A stretch of DNA of 64,000 bases, from positions 75,164 through 139,163 of the forward strand of contig JAZAHK010000028.1 of assembly GCA_036231405.1 (NCBI GenBank), written 5' to 3'. The translations under genes were made by a program, and so were the position numbers. The DNA is from Nitrospinota bacterium. GTDB taxonomy: Bacteria > UBA8248. Positions within the stretch are counted from its first letter, which is position 1. Every line of letters begins with the position of its first letter. Shown here piece after piece: positions 20,909 through 31,091 of the stretch. A model generated the notes under the pieces. That model was not told the DNA's origin. It ran no database searches and was given only the letters and a program-made list of their open reading frames with translations.

Positions 20909-21739
20909 TTGGATCAATTATCTTTACGTGAATTACTAGAGTCAGGTGCACATTTTGGTCATCAGACTACGCGTTGGAATCCTCTTATGCAACCTTATAT
21001 TTTTGGTGCTAGGAATGGGATTTATATTATTGATCTCCAAAAAACCTTAGGTCTCTTTAATATTGCAAGGGACTACTTGAAAGAAGTTGCTGCAGAAGGT
21101 GGAAAGATTCTTTTCGTAGGGACTAAACCCCAAGCACAAGAAATAGTTGCAGAAGAAGCGAAAAAGATCGGGATGCCATATGTCACACAACGTTGGCTTG
21201 GTGGAACTTTGACAAATTTTTCTACTGTTAAAAATTCTATTGCACGTCTTATAGATTTAGAAACGATGAAAGAAGACGGGACATTTGATTTGTTAGCCAA
21301 GAAAGAAGGTTCGAAGAGAGAAAAGGAACGGTTGCGATTGGAAAAATTCCTGGGTGGCATTAAAGACATGAAGGAATTTCCTCAGGCTATGTTCGTTGTG
21401 GATGCGGGATATGAATATAATGCAGTTCGCGAGGCAAAGAAATTAGGTATTCCTGTTGTTGGTGTTGTTGATACAGATGCTGATCCAACGGGTATAGATC
21501 ATCTCCTTCCTGGAAATGATGATGCGTTGAGGTCGATTCGGTTTTTTGTATCAAAATCGGCTGAAGCAGTTCAAGAGGGTGTAAACATAAGAGAGGATTC
21601 CGGTACCGAAGAAATAGAAGCAGTTATGAAAACAGGAGATACGGTTGCAGCCGAGATCCTTGCAGAATCCTATAAAGAAGGTAATGAAACTGATTCCGAA
21701 AATAAAGAGGAAAAAGATAACGCTAAAGATGAAAAATAA
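20909..21739 (+). CDS. rpsB: 30S ribosomal protein S2
   Basis: LLESGAHFGHQT.RWNP, RWLGGTLTN, PGNDDA. Confidence 0.98.
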   Translation: MDQLSLRELLESGAHFGHQTTRWNPLMQPYIFGARNGIYIIDLQKTLGLFNIARDYLKEVAAEGGKILFVGTKPQAQEIVAEEAKKIGMPYVTQRWLGGTLTNFSTVKNSIARLIDLETMKEDGTFDLLAKKEGSKREKERLRLEKFLGGIKDMKEFPQAMFVVDAGYEYNAVREAKKLGIPVVGVVDTDADPTGIDHLLPGNDDALRSIRFFVSKSAEAVQEGVNIREDSGTEEIEAVMKTGDTVAAEILAESYKEGNETDSENKEEKDNAKDEK

Positions 21740-21798
21740 ATATTAAACATCTTCTAATGATTTTTTTGCAAGCTTAGTTTTTAGGAGAATTTGATAAC

Positions 21799-22686
21799 AT
21801 GGAAGTTAGTGCTGAGATGGTAAAGGAATTGCGTTCAAGAACTGGTGCGGGGATCATGGATTGTAAGGAAGCGTTACTTGAAAAGGATGGAGTTCTTGGT
21901 GAGGCTATAAAATATCTTCGTGAAAAAGGTCTTTCAAATGCTGCTAAGAAAGCGGGCAGAGAAGTGCGTGATGGTCAAATATACACAAGTATTAACGATG
22001 CAGGGACAATAGGCGCGCTTATCGAGGTAAATTGTGAAACAGATTTTGTTGCTAGAACCGAAGAATTTCAATCTGCTCTAGAGAGAATTTCCAGTCACAT
22101 TATAGAAACAAAAGACTCAAATAATACTATTATTGAAGAAGATGAATTCCTAGAAGAAACAATTAAATCTGCTATAGCCAAACTAGGAGAAAATATACAA
22201 TTTGCTCGTGCAGATAGATTTTCATTGGAAGAAGGGAGTACGGGTCTTTTGTCATCCTATATACACCCAGGGGCAAAAATCGGTGTTCTATTGAAATTAC
22301 ATTGTGAATCATCAGGTATTCAGAATTCAGATGAATTTAAAGAAACAGCTCACGATCTTTGCATGCACATAGCAGCAACAAATCCACAGTATTTATCACA
22401 GGAGAACATTCCTGAAAATATTGTCAGTGCAGAGAGAGATATTTTGTTTGCGCAGTTATCAGAAGAAGACAAGCCTCAAGAAATTTTGGAAAAAATTGTA
22501 GACGGCAGAATTAAAAAATTCAAGAAGGAAATGTGTCTTCTTGACCAACCTTTTGTTAAAGACCCAGACATCGATATAGATACGTATATGAAGAATAAGA
22601 GCAAGTTATTAAAAGAGGAAATTAAGTTGACGCATTTTAAATGTTATGTCCTTGGTGAGTCTCAAATTGATAGTGCTAATACTTAG
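21799..22686 (+). CDS. tsf: Elongation factor Ts
   Basis: VKELRSRTGAGIMDCK, EVNCETDFVA. Confidence 0.98.
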   Translation: MEVSAEMVKELRSRTGAGIMDCKEALLEKDGVLGEAIKYLREKGLSNAAKKAGREVRDGQIYTSINDAGTIGALIEVNCETDFVARTEEFQSALERISSHIIETKDSNNTIIEEDEFLEETIKSAIAKLGENIQFARADRFSLEEGSTGLLSSYIHPGAKIGVLLKLHCESSGIQNSDEFKETAHDLCMHIAATNPQYLSQENIPENIVSAERDILFAQLSEEDKPQEILEKIVDGRIKKFKKEMCLLDQPFVKDPDIDIDTYMKNKSKLLKEEIKLTHFKCYVLGESQIDSANT

Positions 22687-22737
22687 GCAAAGTTATATTA
22701 TCTTTCTTAACCATTTCCAGTTTCTCGGAGTATTCTT

Positions 22738-23460
22738 TTGAGTTCATCTCTACGTTTTAAGCGAGTATTATTGAAACTTTCTGGAGAGGCATTGGGTGGT
22801 CAAAGTCAGTATTCAATTGATCATAAATTAGTTGATGAGATTGCTAATGAAATTTTAGACGTTCATAAAATGGGAGTTCAGGTTGCTGTTGTAGTGGGGG
22901 GAGGAAATATTTTTCGAGGAGCTGCAGCTGCTGAATCTGGAATGGAGCGAACTAATGCAGATTATATGGGGATGCTTGCAACAGTTATAAACGCTCTTGC
23001 ATTACAGCATGCTCTTGAAAAAGTTGAACTAGAAACTCGTGTTCAGAGTGCAATCCATATGATGGAGCTTTGTGAACCATATATTCTGAGAAGAGCAGTT
23101 CGTCATCTAGAGAAAAATAGAGTTGTAATTTTTGCCGGAGGCACCGGTAATCCTTATTTTACGACTGACACGACTGCCAGTCTGAGAGCTAGTGAAATTA
23201 AAGCAGATTGTATTTTGAAGGCTACGAATGTAGATGGAGTATATTCTTCTGATCCGAATAAAAATTCTGATGCTGAATTCATTCCTAGGCTTTCATATAT
23301 AGAGGTTCTGAATCGACAACTTGGGGTAATGGATACCACAGCAGTAAGTCTTTGTATGGATAATGACTTGCCCATAATTGTTTTTAATCTTTTGAAGAAA
23401 GGTAATATTTGTAGAGTTGTTAACGGAGAGAATGTAGGGACAGTTGTCGCATCTAAATAG
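22738..23460 (+). CDS. pyrH: UMP kinase
   Basis: [36 protein letters not shown]. Confidence 0.98.
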   Translation: MSSSLRFKRVLLKLSGEALGGQSQYSIDHKLVDEIANEILDVHKMGVQVAVVVGGGNIFRGAAAAESGMERTNADYMGMLATVINALALQHALEKVELETRVQSAIHMMELCEPYILRRAVRHLEKNRVVIFAGGTGNPYFTTDTTASLRASEIKADCILKATNVDGVYSSDPNKNSDAEFIPRLSYIEVLNRQLGVMDTTAVSLCMDNDLPIIVFNLLKKGNICRVVNGENVGTVVASK

Positions 23461-23489
23461 GACATTGCTTTTCAGGGGAGGTCTTCACT

Positions 23490-24044
23490 ATGCAAGATAT
23501 TATCAATGAAGTTGAAAAAGGAATGAATGCAACGATCGATTCTCTTAAAAAAGAATTGGCTCGGGTAAGGACTGGTCGTGCAAATACTTCTCTTGTGAGC
23601 CATATCAAGGTAGAATATTATGGTACCCCCACAGATCTAAATCAGATTGCAAATCTAAGTGTTCCAGAGCCGCAACTTATAGTTGTCCAACCTTTTGATC
23701 CTAATTCAATAGGCGATATAGAAAAGGCAATCAGACTTTCTGATTTTGGATTTAATCCAATTAATGATGGAAAAGTTGTGAGAGTTCCCGTTCCTGCTCT
23801 TACCGAGGATCGTCGAAAAGAGATAGTAAAACTTGTTAAAAAATCTGGAGAAGAACATAAGGTCGGATTACGTAATGTTCGTCGCGATGGCAATGAAAAT
23901 TTAAAGAATGCAGAGAAAAAGAAGGAAATCACTGAAGACGATTCACGAAAAGGACAGGAAGAGGTACAGAAGATAACGAATAATTATGTTTCTCAAATTG
24001 AAGAGATCGTTTCGGTGAAAGAGGAGGAAATTTTGGAAATTTAA
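23490..24044 (+). CDS. frr: Ribosome recycling factor
   Basis: VRTGRAN, VEYYG, RNVRRD. Confidence 0.97.
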   Translation: MQDIINEVEKGMNATIDSLKKELARVRTGRANTSLVSHIKVEYYGTPTDLNQIANLSVPEPQLIVVQPFDPNSIGDIEKAIRLSDFGFNPINDGKVVRVPVPALTEDRRKEIVKLVKKSGEEHKVGLRNVRRDGNENLKNAEKKKEITEDDSRKGQEEVQKITNNYVSQIEEIVSVKEEEILEI

Positions 24045-24063
24045 TTCATCTTTGAGAGTTCTT

Positions 24064-24819
24064 ATGGAATATGAAGGTCGAAGTATTGATTTGAGTCGTT
24101 TGCCGCGTCATGTAGGTATTATCATGGATGGGAACGGTCGCTGGGCTAAAAACAAGTCCTTGCCAAGAATTTCCGGGCATAGGGCAGGTGTAAAAGCGGT
24201 GCAATCTACTGTAGAGTTTGCTCGAAAAATTGGCATTTCTGCGATCACCCTATATAGTTTTTCCTCTGAAAATTGGAGCCGACCTAAGAAAGAGATCGAT
24301 TCTTTAATGGGTATTTTATCAGAATATTTGGAAAAAGAGTTGAATCGTATGTTAGTTCAAGGAATTCGCTTTAACTGCATAGGACAAATTGAGAATTTAC
24401 CTGATTTTGTACAAAAAATTATTATGCGTGCTATTCATGAGACAGCTGATCGTAAGAGTATGGTTCTTACTCTTGCATTGAGTTATAGTGGAAGAATGGA
24501 AATTACAAATGCAGCAAAGTCAATTGCAAAAAAAGTGAGTACTGGAGAATTAAGCGTTGATGAAATAGACGAATCGACCGTTGAAGAACACCTATATACC
24601 ATGGATTTGCCAGAACTAGATCTGCTTATAAGAACGGGTGGAGACCTTAGGTTATCTAATTATCTTCTTTGGCAAGTTGCATACTCAGAATTATTTTTTA
24701 CCGAGTTGAATTGGCCTGATTTCAATGATTCAGAATTTCGAAGAGCCATTCTCGCTTTTCAAAAACGTGTTAGAAAATTCGGCCTTACCGAGGAACAACT
24801 CCTGTCGAAGAAGGTTTAA
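24064..24819 (+). CDS. uppS: Undecaprenyl diphosphate synthase
   Basis: PRHVGIIMDGNGRWA, FSSENWSRP, LIRTGG..RLSNYLLWQ. Confidence 0.97.
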   Translation: MEYEGRSIDLSRLPRHVGIIMDGNGRWAKNKSLPRISGHRAGVKAVQSTVEFARKIGISAITLYSFSSENWSRPKKEIDSLMGILSEYLEKELNRMLVQGIRFNCIGQIENLPDFVQKIIMRAIHETADRKSMVLTLALSYSGRMEITNAAKSIAKKVSTGELSVDEIDESTVEEHLYTMDLPELDLLIRTGGDLRLSNYLLWQVAYSELFFTELNWPDFNDSEFRRAILAFQKRVRKFGLTEEQLLSKKV

Positions 24820-24823
24820 CGTA

Positions 24824-25609
24824 GTGGTCCGAACCGCAAGTGCTCTTTTCCTAGTTTCTCTTACTGTCCCAATTGTTCTTTATTCCCCTAGTTGGTTTTT
24901 CTCTCTTTTTGTCATTTCTGTATGTTCAATTATAGCGTATGAATATAATCAATTGTCTAGGAAAATCTTTCCTGAAATAACAGCATGGGACGTCATTTTA
25001 GACGTAATTCTTTTCATTTTTTTTGCTTGCTATACTGATTATTTGCTATTTCCCCTTCTGTTTTATTTAACGTTAAGAATATTAATGAAACTATTTTTCT
25101 CGAAATCTTTAATTTCTGGTTTTTTGTCTTTAGGTGGTATTTTTCTTGGAGTTGTTTGGGTGGCCTTGCCAGGTATTTCTATTATTCTTGTTGAGAGAAT
25201 GGAATTGGGAAGAATGCTAATAGTCTTCCTTTTAATTCTCACTTGGGCTAATGATATTCTTGCTTTCTTAGCTGGCAGAGGCATCGGCCGAAAGAAACTA
25301 ATTCCTAGTATTAGTCCAAATAAAACTGTTGAAGGATCAATCGCAGGATTAGTGGGTGGAACTATTTCTGGGGTTTTTCTTTTCAGGTTATTGTCCTCAT
25401 ATGATTTTGGGTTTCTTAGTATACTTCTAGTTTCTCTTACACTATCTATACTTGGTCAGTTGGGAGATTTATGTGAATCTGCTTTTAAGCGAGTTGCCCA
25501 AGTGAAGGATTCATCTAGTTTGATCCCAGGACACGGTGGTTTCTTTGATAGACTTGACAGTTTTCTTTTTGCTATACCGTTTCTTTTTACTGTATTTCAA
25601 CTGGTGTGA
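24824..25609 (+). CDS. cdsA: Phosphatidate cytidylyltransferase
   Basis: ISPNKTVEG, GDLCESAFKR...KDS..IPGHGG.FDRLDS; start taken as GTG 24824. Confidence 0.93.
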   Translation: MVRTASALFLVSLTVPIVLYSPSWFFSLFVISVCSIIAYEYNQLSRKIFPEITAWDVILDVILFIFFACYTDYLLFPLLFYLTLRILMKLFFSKSLISGFLSLGGIFLGVVWVALPGISIILVERMELGRMLIVFLLILTWANDILAFLAGRGIGRKKLIPSISPNKTVEGSIAGLVGGTISGVFLFRLLSSYDFGFLSILLVSLTLSILGQLGDLCESAFKRVAQVKDSSSLIPGHGGFFDRLDSFLFAIPFLFTVFQLV

Positions 25610-25633
25610 TTATAATTTTCCAAGGTAAATGCT

Positions 25634-26797
25634 ATGGGACGTAAAAAAATTTCTATTCTCGGTTCTACCGGAAGTATTGGGAGAAATGCTTTGCGGGTTG
25701 TCAGGGAAAATAAGGAGAAATTTGAAATATCTGCGCTTACAGCTGGGAAGAACTGGGAAGAGTTAGCAAGACAGGCTATTGAATTTTCTCCCTCGGCAAT
25801 TTCAATTTCAGATCCCAAAGATGTTTCTCGTTTAGAATCCGTCGTGCCATCGGAAACCAAGATTCTAAGTGGAGACGAAGGGTTGCGTGAAATTGCAAAG
25901 AATTCAGGTGGAGATGTTGTCCTTTCAGCACTCGTTGGCTCTATTGGATTGATGCCAACACTAGATGCAATTAACTCAGGTTCAACTATTGCTATAGCGA
26001 ATAAAGAAGTTCTTGTAATGGCGGGAGAGTTAGTTATGGGTCTTTCTAAGTCCTTAAATGTTGAATTGTTTCCTGTGGATAGCGAACATGCAGGTATTGC
26101 TCAACTCCTTGCGGGAAATAAAATGAGAGAGGTGAAAAAAATTATTTTAACTGCGTCTGGTGGGCCATTTAGGGAATTCAATAGAACTTCTCTTCAGAAT
26201 GTTACGGTTAAACAAGCTCTTTCGCATCCGAATTGGGATATGGGGCCAAAGATAACAATTGATTCTGCTACTCTAATGAATAAAGGTTTTGAACTTATCG
26301 AAGCAAGATGGTTCTTTGATGTAGAACCGTCTTTCTTAGATGTGATTATTCACCCTCAAAGTATTGTCCATGGACTGGTTGAGTTTGTAGATGGGAGTGT
26401 TGTCGCTCAGTTGAGCGTTCCGGATATGCGTTTTTCTATCGCGCAGGCTATCAATTCTTCGAAGAGAGTGAAAAATAATATAAAGCCACTTAATCTTGCT
26501 GATTTAGGCAAATTAACTTTTGAACATCCTAAAGAGGACTTATTCCCCTGTCTAAAGTATGCAAAGGAAGCGATGAAAGTGGGTGGCACTGCACCTGCCG
26601 TCTTGAATGCGTCTAATCAGGTTGCAGTTGATGCTTTTATCAGCGAAAAAATTAATTTTTTAGATATTCCTAACCTTGTTTCTCGAGTTTTAGATAAACA
26701 TGAAGTATTGGAAGTTAAAGAGCTTGAGGATGTATTAGAAGCGGACCGTTGGGCAAGCGAATTGGCAACTGAATTCATAAGCAAAAAGCTCTCTTAA
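25634..26797 (+). CDS. dxr: 1-deoxy-D-xylulose 5-phosphate reductoisomerase
   Basis: LGSTGSIG, ANKE, PVDSEH, HPNWDMGPKITIDSA. Confidence 0.97.
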   Translation: MGRKKISILGSTGSIGRNALRVVRENKEKFEISALTAGKNWEELARQAIEFSPSAISISDPKDVSRLESVVPSETKILSGDEGLREIAKNSGGDVVLSALVGSIGLMPTLDAINSGSTIAIANKEVLVMAGELVMGLSKSLNVELFPVDSEHAGIAQLLAGNKMREVKKIILTASGGPFREFNRTSLQNVTVKQALSHPNWDMGPKITIDSATLMNKGFELIEARWFFDVEPSFLDVIIHPQSIVHGLVEFVDGSVVAQLSVPDMRFSIAQAINSSKRVKNNIKPLNLADLGKLTFEHPKEDLFPCLKYAKEAMKVGGTAPAVLNASNQVAVDAFISEKINFLDIPNLVSRVLDKHEVLEVKELEDVLEADRWASELATEFISKKLS

Positions 26798-26801
26798 AAA
26801 T

Positions 26802-27305
26802 ATGCGAATAAAATTGATGAAATCCACAGAGTCACCTTCTTCTAATTGTAAATTAGGGTTTTCCGAAACCGTTTTTTCCACGGTTTTTGGCATAGGATAT
26901 TCCCCTTTTTTCCCGGGGACGATTGCTTCTCTTGTCGGTCTTCTATGTTATGTGGCAGTAGAAAAATATATTCAATATGGATCTATACTCATTCTGCTAG
27001 TAATAATTCCTTTGGGAATTATTTTTTCTGGGATTTATGAAAAGAAAAGAGGAATGTCCGATCCTCCTGAAATTGTAGTAGATGAGTTTTGTGGTCAGAT
27101 TTTGTGTTTAGTAGGTTCTAATACTAGTATTGAAAATTTAGTTTTGGGTTTTTTGATTTTTAGATTTTTGGATATCTTAAAGCCTCCTCCTATAAAATAT
27201 CTTGAAACTTTTCCTCGAGGATGGGGTATTTTTTTAGATGATTTGTTTTCAGGTTTAATTGGTTTTCTTATCCTCTTTTTTTTGAGATCATTGATCTTAT
27301 TTTAA
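26802..27305 (+). CDS. pgpA: Phosphatidylglycerophosphatase A
   Basis: GIGYSPFFPGT, DPPEIVVDE, FRFLDILKP, GIFLDD. Confidence 0.92.
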   Translation: MRIKLMKSTESPSSNCKLGFSETVFSTVFGIGYSPFFPGTIASLVGLLCYVAVEKYIQYGSILILLVIIPLGIIFSGIYEKKRGMSDPPEIVVDEFCGQILCLVGSNTSIENLVLGFLIFRFLDILKPPPIKYLETFPRGWGIFLDDLFSGLIGFLILFFLRSLILF

Positions 27306-27321
27306 TTTTTTGAGAGGGAAT

Positions 27322-27798
27322 GTGGTGGCAAAAAGATCTGAAGATAAAATTGGGTCTCTTTTACTTTCTCGTAATTGGAGGCTCGTTACTGCCGAAAGTT
27401 GCACAGCAGGTTTGATAGCTAGTACGATTACAGATGTCCCTGGAAGTTCTGCTTATTTTGACAGGAGTTATGTTACCTATAGCAATGAAGCAAAAGTACA
27501 AATGTTAGGAATTCCAGAAGAAATCCTGATCACAGAGGGTGCAGTTAGCGAATCTTGTGCTCGATTAATGGCAGAGGGCGCTCTTTCTGTTTCTGGAGTC
27601 GAAGTCGCTTTGTCAGTTACTGGTATTGCTGGTCCTGCTGGAGGTTCTGCTCTTAAACCTGTTGGTACGGTTTTTATGGCGATTTCTTCATTGTCATCCA
27701 CCTCTTGTCATCTACATAACTTCACAGGTAGTCGTTCTGAAATTAAGAATGAGACAGTTCAAACTGCATTAGAGATGCTTCTTAAATTTTTAAACTGA
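27322..27798 (+). CDS. cinA: CinA C-terminal domain protein (NMN deamidase PncC)
   Basis: TAESCTAG, PGSSAYF, YSNEAK, GAVS, TGIAGP, KPVGTV. Confidence 0.92.
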   Translation: MVAKRSEDKIGSLLLSRNWRLVTAESCTAGLIASTITDVPGSSAYFDRSYVTYSNEAKVQMLGIPEEILITEGAVSESCARLMAEGALSVSGVEVALSVTGIAGPAGGSALKPVGTVFMAISSLSSTSCHLHNFTGSRSEIKNETVQTALEMLLKFLN

Positions 27799-27816
27799 AA
27801 ATACATTTTACGTTTT

Positions 27817-29127
27817 TTAATAGGCTTTCACAATTGGGAGTTCATTCCATTGGGTTGTGTATGAATCGGACTTATTAGAAGACCTACTTCTCCAAATTTT
27901 TTTATTTCCCTCGCTCGCATATATAATCGTTCCTCTTCCCATCGTATTATTTAAACTGTCAATTGTATTCATTAGTTTCATCGATTTGTTCCGGTCAATC
28001 TTAGGAAATAGCTCTTGTTGATATTCATCCTCGGAGATTAAGTCTAGGAATATGATGCCGACCTTATGATACTGAGTTTTATGTCTGAAGATTTCTTTCA
28101 GTAAAGAGAAAGAGATTCGAATAAATATCCTTGTGTCGTTTGATGCATTATGTAGGTGATAAGTTAAACTTTCGTGGTGTTGTGGTTCTGATTTTCTGAA
28201 GGGATTTGTATGTAAAAAAATTACTATTGTTGTAGCGAGCAATCGATTTTTTCTTAGTTTTTCTGCTGCATTTGTTATGTAGTTTGTTAATGCTTCTTCT
28301 AGTTTTTTTATACATGAAATTTGTTTTTTGAAGGATCTTGAGACACATATACTTTTCTTCCTCGTGGGTGTGTGTTCTAGGTCGATACATCGTATTCCTT
28401 GTAATTCGAATATGGTTCGTTGGATGCTGACGTTGAATCTTTCCATTATCTCTTGCTGTTTTAAACCCATCAGTTCAAAAATAGTTTTTATATTCATTGA
28501 TCTAATGTTTTGACCTACCCTGTTTCCTATTCCCCATACGTCTTCTAGTTCTATGTTTCTCAGAGATTTTTTTTCATTCTCCAGTTTGTGTATTACATAT
28601 ACTCCATTTGCGGTTACTACCCTTTTAGCGAGTTCATTTGCTAGCTTTGCAAGAGTTTTTGTTTTACCTATTCCTACCGAAACTGGTATTCCAACCCATT
28701 GTTTTATTTTTGCTCTTATTTCGGAGCCATATTCTAGAAGATTTTCTTTTCTTTCTTTTGATATATCTAGGAATGCCTCATCGATTGAATAAACTTCTAC
28801 AGAGGTGCTAAATTCAGATAAACTGCTCATGATTCTTCGCGAAATATCGCCATAAAGTGCGTAGTTTGATGAAAATACTTGGACGTTAGAATTCTTTATA
28901 ATTCTCTTTGCCTTGTATAGGGGGGTTCCCATTTCAATTCCAATTGATTTTGCTTCTTTTGATCTTGCAATGATGCACCCATCGTTATTCGACAATACAA
29001 CAATAGGTTTGTCTTCTAGACTTGGTGAAAATATTCTTTCACAAGATGCGTAAAAATTATTACAGTCTACAAGTGCAAACCAGGTATCTGTTCTGTTTGT
29101 TTCTTTTTTATAATTTATGGATGACAT
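27817..29127 (-). CDS. umuC: Y-family DNA polymerase V catalytic subunit
   Basis: LVDCNNFYASCE, VLSNNDGC, YSIDEAF, VWGIG, C-terminal W...YTTQWNELP. Confidence 0.95.
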   Translation of the reverse strand: MSSINYKKETNRTDTWFALVDCNNFYASCERIFSPSLEDKPIVVLSNNDGCIIARSKEAKSIGIEMGTPLYKAKRIIKNSNVQVFSSNYALYGDISRRIMSSLSEFSTSVEVYSIDEAFLDISKERKENLLEYGSEIRAKIKQWVGIPVSVGIGKTKTLAKLANELAKRVVTANGVYVIHKLENEKKSLRNIELEDVWGIGNRVGQNIRSMNIKTIFELMGLKQQEIMERFNVSIQRTIFELQGIRCIDLEHTPTRKKSICVSRSFKKQISCIKKLEEALTNYITNAAEKLRKNRLLATTIVIFLHTNPFRKSEPQHHESLTYHLHNASNDTRIFIRISFSLLKEIFRHKTQYHKVGIIFLDLISEDEYQQELFPKIDRNKSMKLMNTIDSLNNTMGRGTIIYASEGNKKIWRSRSSNKSDSYTTQWNELPIVKAY

Positions 29128-29542
29128 TTGTTACTACACCCCAAATATGAAAATTCATTTCTTCTGTAACTTTAATTGAATGAAAGTTCTCGTTGTCTGC
29201 GTCAAGCCATATCTGATTTTTTGAAAATCGAAGACGTTTGACTGTTAATTCTCCCGATATTACTGCGATAATTATTTTTCCATTAGATGCTTCTAAAGAT
29301 CGATCAACAATTAATATATCATTCGAGTTAATTCCGGATCCAAGCATTGATTCTCCTTCAACACGTACGAAAAAAGTGGAGACCGGATTTTTAATTAAAT
29401 ATTCATTGAGGTCTAGATTTTTCTCTAGATGATCGTCTGCAGGTGATGGAAATCCGGCTGAGACACTAGAATCGTAAAGTGGAATGATGACGTTTTTTTC
29501 GATTTGAAAAGGTGATATTTTCCTATATGAATTTATAAACAT
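29108..29542 (-). CDS. umuD: DNA polymerase V autoproteolytic subunit (S24)
   Basis: VSAGFPSPA cleavage site, GESM Ser and TVKRL Lys. Confidence 0.95.
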   Translation of the reverse strand: MFINSYRKISPFQIEKNVIIPLYDSSVSAGFPSPADDHLEKNLDLNEYLIKNPVSTFFVRVEGESMLGSGINSNDILIVDRSLEASNGKIIIAVISGELTVKRLRFSKNQIWLDADNENFHSIKVTEEMNFHIWGVVTNVIHKL

Positions 29543-29569
29543 TGTGCTCTCTTAAAGTTTAAAAACTTG

Positions 29570-29654
29570 TTTTATACGAAAATAAAACGAAAGTCAATTG
29601 ACTTAATATTCTCAAATTTAACTTGACTTTCGCTATAATTATGGCGTATAAAAT
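29570..29654. promoter_or_regulatory. Divergent sigma70-type promoters for umuDC (-) and recA (+)
   Basis: Minus strand TTGACTTTCG..CGTATAAAAC; plus strand TTGACTTTCG(29623)..CGTATAAAAT; central palindrome AAGTCAATTGACTT at 29591-29604. Confidence 0.55.
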
Positions 29655-29751
29655 ACGAAAGAAAGATTCAGTTTTATATGAAAATATTTAGTTTGGATCA
29701 AAATTTAGATCGATGTATAATTAACAAGCCCGTAAATATTATTCGTAAGGA

Positions 29752-30870
29752 GTGAGTTCGGTGAGTTCTAAAAATGGAAATTTAAAGAAAAATACAAACA
29801 ACGAGAATCAGGATAAGGCTTTAGATATAGCGTTTTCTCAAATTAACCAACAATTTGGGAAAGGATCAATCATGCGATTGGGTGAAGGTCCATCACTTGA
29901 ACGAATTCCTACTATCAGTACTGGTTCTGTATCGTTGGATTCTGCCCTGGGTACAGGTGGTGTGCCAAGAGGGAGGATTGTTGAAATCTTCGGACCAGAG
30001 TCTTCAGGAAAGACAACGATTGCATTGCAAATTGTTGCTGAGGTTCAAGAACGAGGTGGAAATGCTGCGTTTATTGATGCTGAGCATGCACTTGACCCCA
30101 TTTATGCTAAGTCCCTTGGTGTACATACTGATAATTTGATTCTTTCTCAACCAGACACAGGCGAACAAGCACTAGAGATAGCAGAAATTTTGACTAGTAG
30201 TGGTTCTTTAGATGTAGTTGTTATTGATTCTGTAGCTGCCCTTGTGCCAAAAGCTGAATTAGAAGGGGATATGGGAGATCATCACGTAGGGCTACAAGCG
30301 CGTTTAATGAGCCAGGCCTTGAGAAAACTTACTGGAGTCGTTCATCGTAGCAAAACATGTTTTATTTTCATTAACCAGATGAGGATGAAGATAGGTGTTA
30401 TGTTCGGTAATCCTGAGACTACAAGTGGAGGAAATGCACTGAAGTTTTATGCATCTGTTAGACTAGATGTTAGAAGGATTGCAACGATTAAAAATGGAGA
30501 AGAAAACGTTGGGAATAGAACTAGGGTACGAGTAGTAAAAAATAAATTGTCGCCACCATTTAAGACTGCGGAATTTGACATTATGTTTGGTAAAGGTATT
30601 TCCCGAGAGGGTGATGTTCTGGATTTAGCAGTGGAAAATAATATCGTTGAAAAATCAGGCGCTTGGTACTCTTTTGAAGGAGAACGTATTGGACAAGGAA
30701 GAGAGAACGTGAAGAGTTATTTCTTGGACAATAGAGAGATTTTAAAAGAAGTGGAATCTAGAGTCAGAGCTGCTATCGGTATTACAACGAACAGTTCCCT
30801 AAAGGGAAATGAATCAGTATCAGAGAAAAATGAAAATGTGGAGAATGAAAGTTCTTCTGTTTCTAAGTAG
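29752..30870 (+). CDS. recA: Recombinase A
   Basis: [39 protein letters not shown]. Confidence 0.99.
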   Translation: MSSVSSKNGNLKKNTNNENQDKALDIAFSQINQQFGKGSIMRLGEGPSLERIPTISTGSVSLDSALGTGGVPRGRIVEIFGPESSGKTTIALQIVAEVQERGGNAAFIDAEHALDPIYAKSLGVHTDNLILSQPDTGEQALEIAEILTSSGSLDVVVIDSVAALVPKAELEGDMGDHHVGLQARLMSQALRKLTGVVHRSKTCFIFINQMRMKIGVMFGNPETTSGGNALKFYASVRLDVRRIATIKNGEENVGNRTRVRVVKNKLSPPFKTAEFDIMFGKGISREGDVLDLAVENNIVEKSGAWYSFEGERIGQGRENVKSYFLDNREILKEVESRVRAAIGITTNSSLKGNESVSEKNENVENESSSVSK

Positions 30871-31091
30871 AATAAAAATAATCCGTATAAGTTTGTAGAC
30901 AGAAATTATATGTTCGAAAATGGATTTAGTTTATTTAAATTTCAGGTGTCCTGTGCCTGGAAATTATTACATCTGAGCGTTATCAAAAAGTTTTGTTCCT
31001 CAGAATTGCATTTTTCAATAAACTCAAGTAGAAGAAAAATATTTCACTGATTTTTTGATAGTTTTCTATATTGTCAAAGGAATCGATAATC

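Noticed and set aside
27817-29542. umuDC as part of an ICE or prophage
   Set aside because: No integrase, att-like repeats or other mobile genes seen; flanked by core genes
30919-31030. Possible decayed Zn-ribbon (YacG-like) gene between recA and fmt: MDLVYLNFRCPV... and out-of-frame KFCSS
   Set aside because: Needs several frameshifts to build CxxC/FCSxxC; too degenerate to support without a search
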